Shown: positions 48,772 through 58,458 of the stretch, one piece after another
Position numbering within the stretch: position 1 is the stretch's first letter
Layout of the letters: each line of letters starts with the position of its first letter
From: an uncultured Collinsella sp.
GTDB lineage: Bacteria > Actinomycetota > Coriobacteriia > Coriobacteriales > Coriobacteriaceae
Assembly: GCA_947507155.1 (NCBI GenBank)
Contig: CANNOC010000014.1
Coordinates: forward strand, 1,387 to 65,386
DNA length: 64,000 nt
Direction: 5' to 3'
The notes under the pieces: model-generated
Database searches by the model: none
What the model was told of the DNA's origin: nothing
What the model saw: the letters and a program-made list of their open reading frames with translations, nothing else
Program-made: the position numbers and the translations under genes

Positions 48772-50154
48772 CTATGCAATGAGCCCATTCAGGCGCTTTT
48801 GTTCCTTTGCAGCAAGTGCAATGGAAACCAGGCCGGTAATGGCATCGGCTGCAACCAAGGCAATCCAAACACCCTGCGCGCCCATCATGCTGCCAAGCAA
48901 GTACATGAGCGGTACGGAACAGATCACGTAACGGAGCAGGCCGCAGAACGTGGCGATACCCACCTTCTCGTTCGCCTGGAAGTACATCGACATGGTCATG
49001 GCAAGATAGCCCAGGGCAACAGCCAGGATGACGGTACGCGTGGCGTTGGCGGCAACCTCAACGAGCGCGGGATCGCTGCCGGCAAAGAAGGCACACACCG
49101 GCGTGGCGGCAAGCCAGAGTACAACGGTGACCAGCGCCAGCGTCACAACCTGGTACTTAAGCGTGCAGGAGAGCGTCTCCTTAAGACGCGCCCATGCCTT
49201 GGCACCGGCATTGAAGGCAGCGATGGGCTGCAGACCATAGGAGAAGCACTGGGCGACCATCATGGTGATGTAGAGAATGTAGCCGTTGATTACGCCGAAG
49301 GCAGCGATGTAGAGCGAACCCATGTCACCGCCAAGCGTGCCGAGCAGCGAGTTGGCAACGGTATTGAAGATGAATGTCGCAGCCTGGACCAGGAAGAACG
49401 GGAAGCCGATCTTAACGATCTGCCCGCAGATACCCATGTCGAGTTTGAGGTCGACCAGGTTAATCTGGAGCTGAGACTTCTTGCCGCCAACATACCAGAA
49501 GATGCCGATGGCCCAGATGCCAATGGACAGGCCATAGTACACGCCAGCACCCATGACGCCGAGCTTGAGTACGAAGGTCGAGAGCGCAAGCCAGCAAATG
49601 GCAACGATGGCAGATACGGTCATGAGATTTGCCTGGACCTGAACCTTCTCATCGACGCGCATAACAGCGGTGACCATCTGGCCGATGACCGTGAGCGGCA
49701 ATAGCACGGCGAACGTGCGCACGCCGGCGACCGTGTCAGCCATGATATCGGGCGTTGCGCCAAAGAATGCACAGATGGGCTCGGTGAAGACTGCCATCAC
49801 GACGGCGAGCAGAACCGAAACAATCGTCGTGAGCCAGAAACCCTGACTAAATGCCTTACTCGCCCCCTTGATGTCGCCGGCGCCGAGCAGATTGCCCACG
49901 ACGGCCGGCACGCCCGTACCGAAGAGGTTGCCGAAGGCCAGATTGATATACTCGACAGACATGATGATCGAGACGCAAGCAAGACCGTGAGAGCCCAGGC
50001 CCCAGCCCATCACGAGACCCTCGAGCACGACCATAATGATCTGCGCGAGCATGCCCTGACCGGTCACAATTGTGTAGCGGCGCACGAGTTCTGGAATCGG
50101 CTTTGAGGCGAGCTCATGCTCCTCCCCAACGACAGCGGTTGTTTCTTCTGCCAT
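48772..50154 (-). CDS. MATE family efflux transporter
   Basis: ~12 TM, two-fold internal repeat, GLQPIAAFNAGA, MepA-like pattern. Confidence 0.85.
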   Translation of the reverse strand: MAEETTAVVGEEHELASKPIPELVRRYTIVTGQGMLAQIIMVVLEGLVMGWGLGSHGLACVSIIMSVEYINLAFGNLFGTGVPAVVGNLLGAGDIKGASKAFSQGFWLTTIVSVLLAVVMAVFTEPICAFFGATPDIMADTVAGVRTFAVLLPLTVIGQMVTAVMRVDEKVQVQANLMTVSAIVAICWLALSTFVLKLGVMGAGVYYGLSIGIWAIGIFWYVGGKKSQLQINLVDLKLDMGICGQIVKIGFPFFLVQAATFIFNTVANSLLGTLGGDMGSLYIAAFGVINGYILYITMMVAQCFSYGLQPIAAFNAGAKAWARLKETLSCTLKYQVVTLALVTVVLWLAATPVCAFFAGSDPALVEVAANATRTVILAVALGYLAMTMSMYFQANEKVGIATFCGLLRYVICSVPLMYLLGSMMGAQGVWIALVAADAITGLVSIALAAKEQKRLNGLIA

Positions 50155-50193
50155 GGTTCTCCCCTTTCCTTGAGAGATTGAAAGACTGTGGGG

Positions 50194-51822
50194 CTACTTC
50201 TCGTAGACGACCTTACCGGCGATCACCGTAAGCTCAGCCGTGGCGCCGAGAACCTCTGCCGGCTCGCAGGTAAAGAGATTGCGGTCGAGTACGCAGATGT
50301 CGGCTTGCTTGCCGCAGGCGAGTGTGCCGATGCGGTCCTCAGCATGCATAGCGTAGGCGCCGCCGTAGGTGTATGCGCGCAGGGCCTCGGCCATAGTGAT
50401 TCGCTCCTCGGGGAACCAACCCTCAGGATTAGATCCGTCCTCGAGCATGCGATAGACCGCGCCATAGACTTCCTCCATAGGCTCAAGCCCCACAACCGGG
50501 AAGTCGGAGCCCAAATGCACGCAGGCACCGCTCGCAAGCAGGCTATGAATTGGCCACGAGAGCGCCGCGCGCTCGGGGCCAACGGCGTCGTCCTTTGCCA
50601 AGTCGGCCATATCGAGCAGCATATGCCACGGCTGCATGGCCGGACAGACGCCGAGTTCCGCATAACGCGGCAAATCCTCAGGTTGAACAGTCTCGTTGTG
50701 CTCCATGGAGTGACGACAGCCCATAAGACCGTAACGCTTCTCACCCTCCTCGAAGCAGTCCAGGACAAAGCGTACGGAACGATCGCCTATGGTATGGATG
50801 CGCGTGTCGACACCCCACTCAAGCGCTTTAAGGATGGCATTACGCACATGCTCTGGTTCCTCAGCCGGCTCGCCACAGGTCTCGGGAGCATTGGCATAGG
50901 GCTCGAGCATCCAAGCAGTATGATCGGAACACACGCCGTCGATGAACTGCTTAAAGCCATGCCACTCGACCTGCGTGCCCGGAAAGTCATATTTAGCTCG
51001 AATTTCCTCGAGTGTCATGGTCTCGTTCTCAAAAAGGTCTGTATACATGAACACGCGTAACGGCAGTTCACCCTTACCGTTGAGCTCTGCAAGCACCTTG
51101 TAGGGGTTGTCCATGCTCACGAAGGTCGGATTAACCATGCCGACGGTCGTAATACCGAGAGCGTTGGCGCGGCGTGCAGTCTTGGCAAAGGAGGCATCGA
51201 CCACTTCGGGAGCAGGGTCGTATACCTCGTCCATAAAAAGGGCACCAGCGTTGTTCGAGAAAACCCCCGTGAGATTGCCGAGCTCATCCTTGAGAATCTT
51301 GCCGCCTGTAGGATTGGGCGTCTCAGTAGTAATGCCGACTTTTTCGATAGCGCAGGTATTGGCACTAAACGTATGCATGTCGACCTGCTGCAAAAATACC
51401 GGACGGTCCGAGATGTATTTGTCAATCATCGCGGCCGTGGGCATCTCAGGCACATCCCACTGGAACTGAATGATTTGGCAGCCCACAATCCACTCGTTGC
51501 TCGGATGGCTTTCGGCAAATGCCTGAACACGCTCCATACACTGCTCGAAGCTTGTGCAATCGATGAGATTGACGGCGAAATCGGGATCGGTCATAAAGGC
51601 GCCCTGGGCAAAATGCGTATGCGAGTCGATGATGCCAGGCATGACGAGCCTATCGCCATAGCTGCGCACCTCGGTATCGGGCCCGATAAAAGCGTCGAGG
51701 TACTTATCTTCGCCGCACGCAACAATTCTGTCACCCGCGACGGCAACACCGCCCTTGAACGGTGCCAGCCCGTCACCAGTGAACACAGCGTTACTTTTGA
51801 TGACTAAATCCGCTTTGTCCAT
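50194..51822 (-). CDS. Metal-dependent amidohydrolase (YtcJ/NfdA-like, amidohydrolase_3)
   Basis: PGIIDSHTH, HTIGD, HSMEH, LGSDFP, GTLACGKQAD; GGAGG RBS before 51822. Confidence 0.9.
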   Translation of the reverse strand: MDKADLVIKSNAVFTGDGLAPFKGGVAVAGDRIVACGEDKYLDAFIGPDTEVRSYGDRLVMPGIIDSHTHFAQGAFMTDPDFAVNLIDCTSFEQCMERVQAFAESHPSNEWIVGCQIIQFQWDVPEMPTAAMIDKYISDRPVFLQQVDMHTFSANTCAIEKVGITTETPNPTGGKILKDELGNLTGVFSNNAGALFMDEVYDPAPEVVDASFAKTARRANALGITTVGMVNPTFVSMDNPYKVLAELNGKGELPLRVFMYTDLFENETMTLEEIRAKYDFPGTQVEWHGFKQFIDGVCSDHTAWMLEPYANAPETCGEPAEEPEHVRNAILKALEWGVDTRIHTIGDRSVRFVLDCFEEGEKRYGLMGCRHSMEHNETVQPEDLPRYAELGVCPAMQPWHMLLDMADLAKDDAVGPERAALSWPIHSLLASGACVHLGSDFPVVGLEPMEEVYGAVYRMLEDGSNPEGWFPEERITMAEALRAYTYGGAYAMHAEDRIGTLACGKQADICVLDRNLFTCEPAEVLGATAELTVIAGKVVYEK

Positions 51823-52128
51823 ATGAGCCTCCTCAGACGTTACAGGACAATGGATGAGCGCCTCGATACGACGCGCACAATCGGTGAGGGAGCATTTGCC
51901 GCCCCCTCGTAACACGTGCCTACGAGCAGTTGGGCGCCTGTCCTGCGCCCTACGCCCCGCGTCAACACCCATTGACGCACCTTTTGCATGAGCTGCCAAG
52001 ATGGAGTCAAGCGAACGGACGGGTTAAGCAGGTTTACACGTCTGAGCAGGTATTTTATTGTCTAAGTTTATTGTCGCTTCTTTACGCCGAGCGGTCTGCG
52101 ATATGCCGTCAGCCGATCCTCTCCAGCC

Positions 52129-53121
52129 TTACGAGCGCCAGAATGTCTCAATCAAGTCGTCACGCGCCTTGACTTCGCTCTTTACATAGATGCGATGCAG
52201 GTGAGCCTTGACAGTACCCGGGCTAATCACAAGTTCGTTAGCAATATTTTGAACATCGAGTCCACGCAATACGAGTGTAAGCACTTCCTGTTCGCGCTTT
52301 GAAAGCCCATGCTCGTCCGAGAAAATCACAACACGCGAGACAAGGTCCTCCCGTGCATCACGGCGCTCTGTCGCTACCTCTTCATCGGCACGAGGGTGAC
52401 GCGAGAACACACGTAAGATATGGCTGAACTGTTTAAATAGCTGAACGGCTACAGCCACAAACAATATATTCTCTGAGATATTCCGCTCGCCCAGATACCA
52501 TAAAAAGGCGCTCACCATCACGTTGTCAACGTCAGGCGTGCAGAATAGGATCATATAGGTATCCTCGATAACCACCATCACGGTAAGCACGCAGGCTATG
52601 CGAAAGAACGTCCGAGAGCGCTCAAGATCGAGCCGCTCAGCCCTATTCTCCGTCTTGCGATAGCGGGCGTAAACATATACCAAGCAGAATGCCATTCCCA
52701 AATCGCGCGCAAGCCAAAAAAGATATTGCTGAACCTGGCTCGCAAAGCCAGTACGAGGTACCAGAGCAAGCTGAAGCACGGCGATCGGTACGACATATGC
52801 GGCAACGCGCTTAACGGTCACCTCATCGTGTAAGCGAAACGTTACCCAAAGCCATACGCACGCAAGAATCGCCACGCCCAGCGCGCAGCGCAGTAACGGA
52901 TGTTGAAGCGGCTCATTAAACGTCACCACATAGTCATATTTGAGCCGGTTGTACTCATCAAAGAAAATCACCGACATATCGAAGATATAGAGAAGGAAGC
53001 CCGCGGCCGCCACCAAACAATCGCGTCGACGAGTCATGAGCCATATTACGAGTGCAGTTGATGCCGTCACCAATCCAACGCCCATGACAAGAATCGTGTA
53101 GATAAAGAATGCGAAGCTCAT
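52129..53121 (-). CDS. Multi-TM sensor + LuxR HTH regulator (AguR-like paralog)
   Basis: ~7 TM N-terminus, YLGERNISEN, LSKREQEVL...TVKAHLHRIYVK; homologous to 59864-60829. Confidence 0.88.
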   Translation of the reverse strand: MSFAFFIYTILVMGVGLVTASTALVIWLMTRRRDCLVAAAGFLLYIFDMSVIFFDEYNRLKYDYVVTFNEPLQHPLLRCALGVAILACVWLWVTFRLHDEVTVKRVAAYVVPIAVLQLALVPRTGFASQVQQYLFWLARDLGMAFCLVYVYARYRKTENRAERLDLERSRTFFRIACVLTVMVVIEDTYMILFCTPDVDNVMVSAFLWYLGERNISENILFVAVAVQLFKQFSHILRVFSRHPRADEEVATERRDAREDLVSRVVIFSDEHGLSKREQEVLTLVLRGLDVQNIANELVISPGTVKAHLHRIYVKSEVKARDDLIETFWRS

Positions 53122-53211
53122 ACTACCCTCATTCCGCGCACAGCCAGCTTGATTCCGCATTACGGTTATGGTAGAAACATCGAACGAATACCAAGATCGA
53201 AAGGAGATGCC

Positions 53212-53403
53212 ATGGCGCCGATTGCACCACTCAAGATTATTGTCGCGCCTGCCGCCAAGGCCATCGCCAAGATCGGTTCGACCATGACCTACGATGACGT
53301 TCCCTGCATCGTTGATGAGCGCAACGACAGTTGCCCTTACCTGGGACACGTCCCCTACTTTGCGCCCAAGCTCTCCTCTTCATTCGACCAGCGCAACCGT
53401 TAG
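53212..53403 (+). CDS. Unlisted 63-aa small protein
   Basis: AAAGGAG RBS, GC3-rich codons; MAPIAPLKIIVAPAAKAIAKIGSTMTYDDVPCIVDERNDSCPYLGHVPYFAPKLSSSFDQRNR. Confidence 0.55.
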   Translation: MAPIAPLKIIVAPAAKAIAKIGSTMTYDDVPCIVDERNDSCPYLGHVPYFAPKLSSSFDQRNR

Positions 53404-53502
53404 CATAACCTCCACGATTGCCACAGTAATCCTCGCAGCAATTTATTAACTTGGAAGCAACCCCGGTTTTAGCCCCGTGCCGGTGGGCCAAGCCCCTCAC
53501 GG

Positions 53503-54894
53503 TCAGCGTTTTCTATACACGCCAACGCCGGGATTGTCGACGCTGCGGCCGCGGCGCGATATGAGGCGCGAAACCTCGCCCAGCAACACGGCGATCACTA
53601 CACCCATGAGAATGGGCAACTTTGCCATTTCGGCGGGCGAGCCGTTGAGCGGCACAATCGTAGCGACAATCGAAAGCACAAGCTCCACCACGGGAATCGC
53701 AAGTGCCACCGCAAGCACCTTGCCCTCGAAGGGCGCGCGGAACACGCGCGGACGATCGTCATATTTGCGCAGGCGCCAAAACGCTGGAAACATTGGGATA
53801 TAACTCATGAGCAGAAAGACGACGTTCATCGAAAAGAAGACCCAAAAAACGTCGGAGCCCTCGCCCAGCGGAATCTGAAGCAGTAGTACCAGGCTGGCAA
53901 AACAACCGTTAATGATTGCCGAGCCATTGGGCATGCCGGTCTTCTTGGACACCAGCGCAAAGGGACGCGGCATATTGCCATGACGCGCGGCATAGCTCGC
54001 CACGTTGTTGACGCCAAAGCTCCAGCAGATCATGTTGGCGAACAGCGTCACCAAAAAGGCCACGCCCACGACCATCGTCAGCGGATGGCTGCGCCCCAAC
54101 ATGGCGGCGACCGCGTCCACAATGCCCGAATCGAGCGAAAGCTGCTCGGTTGGAACCGCGGCTCCAATGCCGATGCCGCAGATAATGTAGATTGCCGCAA
54201 TGGCAACGCCACCAGCGATAACCGCCTTGGGGATATCGCGCGATGGGTTTTTCATCGTGCTGGCAAAGGTCGCGACCACTTCGAAGCCCATAAAGTTGAA
54301 CAGGATGATCGATAGGTACGTCAACGAATTGGTGTCGCCCAAATCTGGAATGAAGGTCTTAAACGACATATCGTTGGCAAAGCCGTTATTGCAGGCAAAC
54401 CAGATGCCGACGATTCCCACCACGGCGGTAATGAGCACCTTAATGACGGCACCGCCGTCCATGACCCAATCGGCCTCGGCAACCGGCTGCATCGCCATGA
54501 CGGTGACACCCCACACAAAGGCAAGCTCGATGGCAATTCGGACCCCGAGCGAAAACTCGATACCCCATACCGCATTGATAACACTGGGGAACATGCAGGC
54601 GATACTTGCCACCCACAGCGGAAAGTTAACCCAGTAGCACCAGGAACAGCGGGCGCCCCAACGGTCACCCAGGCCCAAGCGAACCCAATCGTACAGACCG
54701 CCCTCGGAATCGAACGCCGTACCCAGCTCGGCCACCACCAGGCCATAGGGAAGCAAAAACGTAATGATGAGGAAGATCCACCAGAAGAACTGCACGTTGC
54801 CCATGGCAGATGCCGGAGCAGCCGCCTCGATGGTAAATACGACGCAGATAACCGAGAGGATGACCTCGAACAGGGAGAACTTTTTACCTGCCAT
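53503..54894 (-). CDS. APC-family permease (AguD-like paralog 2)
   Basis: EAAAPA, AELGT...EGGLYDWVR, FNFMGFEV; paralogous to 56886-58325. Confidence 0.9.
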   Translation of the reverse strand: MAGKKFSLFEVILSVICVVFTIEAAAPASAMGNVQFFWWIFLIITFLLPYGLVVAELGTAFDSEGGLYDWVRLGLGDRWGARCSWCYWVNFPLWVASIACMFPSVINAVWGIEFSLGVRIAIELAFVWGVTVMAMQPVAEADWVMDGGAVIKVLITAVVGIVGIWFACNNGFANDMSFKTFIPDLGDTNSLTYLSIILFNFMGFEVVATFASTMKNPSRDIPKAVIAGGVAIAAIYIICGIGIGAAVPTEQLSLDSGIVDAVAAMLGRSHPLTMVVGVAFLVTLFANMICWSFGVNNVASYAARHGNMPRPFALVSKKTGMPNGSAIINGCFASLVLLLQIPLGEGSDVFWVFFSMNVVFLLMSYIPMFPAFWRLRKYDDRPRVFRAPFEGKVLAVALAIPVVELVLSIVATIVPLNGSPAEMAKLPILMGVVIAVLLGEVSRLISRRGRSVDNPGVGVYRKR

Positions 54895-55201
54895 GGCACA
54901 CTCCCCCTACAGCAAAAAGGATGGCATCTGTACCGAAGGCGCAGCCCAAGGTAGGGTTGCAGGCCGCGTCACCGGTGCAGGTGCCATCCCATAGAGAAGA
55001 GAGGATGCAATTGTTGGACCAACGCTCGCGGAACAGGCGGGTGAAGATGACGATACGCTGGTACAAAGATACTCCGATCAAAACGGCCGCGCTCGCAACC
55101 GGAAACTTTCGGCGATTGAAGACGCGTCTGACCTGGGATATCCAAGCGAACAATTGGCCTAACCCGCAAAAATCCCAGGCCAGACGCGTATTCAATCAAA
55201 G

Positions 55202-55238
55202 AAAAAGGGCACTCCGATGTGGAGGCAACGGAGTGCCC
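55202..55238 (-). terminator. Terminator closing the aguB-aguD-aguA operon
   Basis: GGGCACTCCG/CGGAGTGCCC followed by TTTTTC on the minus strand. Confidence 0.72.
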
Positions 55239-55291
55239 AAAGAAAACCCAACCGGTCAACCAGGCAGTCCCCGTCCGATTGGCCGGCTGGG

Positions 55292-55385
55292 TTTTCGAGG
55301 TGCCCCAGGTCGCCGCGAAAGAGGAGCGAAGCGTACTTCGGTACGCGAGCGACGGCTTGAACGGCGAGATGGGGTGCCTCGGAAA
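55292..55385 (-). repeat. Partial family B element after aguA2
   Basis: Minus strand TTCAAGCCGTCGCTCGCGTACCGAAGTACGCTTCGCTCCTCTT closely matches 60898-60942. Confidence 0.65.
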
Positions 55386-55394
55386 GCCAGACGA

Positions 55395-56600
55395 TTAAGC
55401 GGACGGCTCCTGCTGCGTGATGCAGTGGATGTTGCCGCCGCCGTAGACGACCTGGTCGGACTGGACGCCCACGCACTTGTAGACGCCCTCGCCCCAGACC
55501 TCGTCGTAGATCTTCTGGAGCGTGTCGACGGCCAGCCGGTCGTTCTCGTCGCCGTACTGCGGGACGATGACGCCGTGGTTGGTGACCAGGTAGTTCATGT
55601 AGGAGGCGATCAGCGGCTCGTCGGGGACGCGCGGCTCGGCGTTCTCGTCGGCGTCGATGGTGTCGCAGGAGGCCTGGTCCATGTACAGCGGGTTCACGGG
55701 CATGCAGAGCTTGTAGACCTTAATCTTGCGGCCCTTGGCGTCGACCGCGTTGGAGAGGGTCTCGTAGGCGGCGTGGCACTGCTCGTAGAACGGGTAGTCG
55801 GGGTCGTCGGTCCAGATGCAGGCCATGACGCCCGGGGCGATGAAGGTGGCGACGTCGTCGATGTGGCCGTTGGTCTCCTCGGGGTCGATGCCCTCCTTGA
55901 CCCAGATGACCTTCTCGACGCCCAGGTAGTCCTTGAGGTGCTCGTCCATGTAGGCGCGGAGCTCCTCGCTCCAGGGCTCGAACTTCTTGCGGTACTTGGG
56001 CCAGATGGACTCGGGGTCCTCTTCCTCCTCGAGCACCGCGGAGCAGGTGCGGCCCGGGGAGAGGAGGCACTGGTCGGTCACGACGAGGGTGCCCTCGCCG
56101 TCGACGGTGATGGAGCCGCCCTCGAGGATCATGTCGTCGGGACGGTAGCGGCGGCAGCCGGAGAGCTCGGCCATCTTGAGGGCGATCTGCTCGTCCTTGT
56201 CCCACGGGAAGTACAGGCCGTCGACGAGGCCGCCGTAGGCGTTGAAGTGCCAGTGGTTGGCGCGCTTCCCGCCCTTGCCGTCGATGACGTAGGTGGCGGC
56301 GGTGTCGCGGAACCAGGCGTCGTCGGTGGTCATCTCGATGACGGTGACGTTCTCGTCGTCCTCGAAGACGGCCTTGCAGTTGGCGTAGTCGACCTGGTTG
56401 GCGCACATGTAGACCGGGGTGAACTCGGCGATGGCGCGGGCGATGGCGGCATACTGCCTCTGGGCGGGCTTGGCGCCGTGGGCCCAGGTGTCGGTGCGGT
56501 GGGGCCAGCCCATCCACACGCGGTCCTGCGGGGCGAACTCGGCGGGCATGAAGAAGCCGTCGGCCCTGGGGGTGGACTCGGACTCGGTGATCGTACGCAT
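55395..56600 (-). CDS. aguA: Agmatine deiminase (paralog 2, with a ~25-aa insertion)
   Basis: TPRADGFFMPAE, WFRDTAA, ETNGHIDD, GGGNIHCITQQ; GGAGG RBS before 56600. Confidence 0.92.
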   Translation of the reverse strand: MRTITESESTPRADGFFMPAEFAPQDRVWMGWPHRTDTWAHGAKPAQRQYAAIARAIAEFTPVYMCANQVDYANCKAVFEDDENVTVIEMTTDDAWFRDTAATYVIDGKGGKRANHWHFNAYGGLVDGLYFPWDKDEQIALKMAELSGCRRYRPDDMILEGGSITVDGEGTLVVTDQCLLSPGRTCSAVLEEEEDPESIWPKYRKKFEPWSEELRAYMDEHLKDYLGVEKVIWVKEGIDPEETNGHIDDVATFIAPGVMACIWTDDPDYPFYEQCHAAYETLSNAVDAKGRKIKVYKLCMPVNPLYMDQASCDTIDADENAEPRVPDEPLIASYMNYLVTNHGVIVPQYGDENDRLAVDTLQKIYDEVWGEGVYKCVGVQSDQVVYGGGNIHCITQQEPSA

Positions 56601-56885
56601 AAGATTTCCTCCAAATCGAACGATCGTTTGCCGCGGGCGGGTTGCCCGCAGCCTAAAACCAAGAGATGTTAGGCGCCCGTTCCCCGGCAAAGGTCGGGGC
56701 GCCCGGCGCCGGTTTTCACGGAGTCGCACCGGCAAGCGACGACGTAGCCAAGTGCGCGGAGACAAGACGCACGAAGGATACGGAAGAGAGGTTGGGGTGG
56801 GCGGTGGTTACCGGAGCTATCGCTCGCACCCACCCCAGGGAATGGCTGAGTGACGAGGAGGGTCGGGGCCCCGAATTTGGGTGCC

Positions 56886-58325
56886 CTAGTCCTCCTCGGC
56901 CTCGGCGGCCTCCTCAGCGAGACGCTGGGCTGCGAGCTCAGGGGTCAGACCCTTGTACTCTTCCTTGCGGCCCTTGGCGCTGACGACGCGGACGACCTCG
57001 CCGATGAGCACGAGCACGATGAAGATGACGATCATCGGGACCTTGTCGCCGATTTCGGCGGCGGAGAACGGTACCAGCGTCGCGACGATGGCCAGGACCA
57101 GCTCGATGCAGGGGATGGCCAGCATGACCTTCATCATCGCGCCCTTGAACGGGAACGTGAAGATACGCTCGCGGTCGGGGTCGTTCTTGCGAAGGTTGAG
57201 GAATGCCGGGAACATCGGGATGTAGGTGAGCAGCAGGAAGACGACGGAGGTGCCGAAGAGCATCCAGAAGACGCCGTTGGAGATGGCGTCGATGGGAACG
57301 AGCTGCAGGCAGAGAACCAGGGAGGCAACGACGGCGTTGACCAGGTTGGCGCCGTTGGGCATGTCGTCCTCGGAGATCATCGAGGCGAAGACCTTGGGCA
57401 TGTTGCCGTGCTCAGCAGCATAGCGAGCGACGGAGTTGACGCCGAAGGACCAAGCAGCCATGTTGGCGAACAGGGTAATCAGGAAGGCGATGCAGATGAC
57501 CTTGAAGATCATGGAGTCGCCCACCATGGTCTGGACTGCGACGATCATGCCGTAGTCGGGGTCGATGGAGTCGGCCGGCACAGCGGCGCCGATGCCGAAG
57601 CCAGCGAACAGGTAGATGACGGCAATAGCCACGCCACCGACAATGATAGCCTTGGGAATATCGCGAGCGGGATCGGCCATGTCGTCGGTCATGGTGCAGA
57701 TGACCTCGAAGCCCATGAAGTTAAAGATGATGATGGACAGGTAGCCGAGAGCGTTGGTGTTGGTAAGCTCGGGCAGGAAGGTGGCGGCGGACATGTCGTT
57801 CGCAAAACCGTTCTCCATGGCATACCAGATGCCCAGAGCGCCGACGATAACGGCAACGGCGACCTTGATGATAGCGCCACCGTTGAGGACCCACTCGGAG
57901 TCGGCCGCCTTGGAGCGACCCATGAGATACACGATCCACACGAAGGCAAGCTCGATGCCCATCTTGGCGATTAGGTTGAACTCGACGCCGAAGACCATGC
58001 CCAGGATGTCGGGGAACATGGTTGCCAGCGAGGCGATCCACAGCGGGTAGTTGACCCAGTAGTAGTACGAAATGCGGGCGCCCCACTTGTCGCCCAGGCC
58101 ATCGCGTACCCAGTCGTAAATGCCGCCCTCGCCGTCATAGGTGGTGCCGAGCTCGGCGACGACCATGCCGTAAGGGAGCAGGAAGGTCAGGATCAGGAAG
58201 ATCCACCAGAAGAACTGCTGGTTGCCAATGGCAGCAGCAGGAGCGGCGGCCTCGCAAACGAAGACGACGCAGATGATAGTCGAAATGACCGTCAGGAAGG
58301 AAAGCTTTTTCTTTCCGTCACTCAT
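56886..58325 (-). CDS. aguD: Agmatine:putrescine antiporter (APC family)
   Basis: CEAAAPAAAIGNQQFFWW, FNFMGFEV; lies between aguB and aguA. Confidence 0.88.
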   Translation of the reverse strand: MSDGKKKLSFLTVISTIICVVFVCEAAAPAAAIGNQQFFWWIFLILTFLLPYGMVVAELGTTYDGEGGIYDWVRDGLGDKWGARISYYYWVNYPLWIASLATMFPDILGMVFGVEFNLIAKMGIELAFVWIVYLMGRSKAADSEWVLNGGAIIKVAVAVIVGALGIWYAMENGFANDMSAATFLPELTNTNALGYLSIIIFNFMGFEVICTMTDDMADPARDIPKAIIVGGVAIAVIYLFAGFGIGAAVPADSIDPDYGMIVAVQTMVGDSMIFKVICIAFLITLFANMAAWSFGVNSVARYAAEHGNMPKVFASMISEDDMPNGANLVNAVVASLVLCLQLVPIDAISNGVFWMLFGTSVVFLLLTYIPMFPAFLNLRKNDPDRERIFTFPFKGAMMKVMLAIPCIELVLAIVATLVPFSAAEIGDKVPMIVIFIVLVLIGEVVRVVSAKGRKEEYKGLTPELAAQRLAEEAAEAEED

Positions 58326-58458
58326 GATGAGCTCCTTCGCTCAGTCTTGGACAGATCCGAGGCCCTAAGGTATTAAGGCAATTGCTTGGGCCTCGGTGAG
58401 CGGGCGGCAGGAGACGAGCATCCGCCGCCAGCAAACGTGCTTTTAGAAGCCTTGAGGC

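Noticed and set aside
52027-52051. GGTTTAC(A)CGTCTG similarity between the amidohydrolase and aguB/aguR promoter regions (also ~59720) as a shared LuxR box
   Set aside because: Match is short, gapped and non-palindromic; cannot be told from chance without orthologs
54884-55195. 103-aa minus-strand ORF upstream of the second permease
   Set aside because: No RBS, atypical codons, spans hairpins and overlaps the permease start
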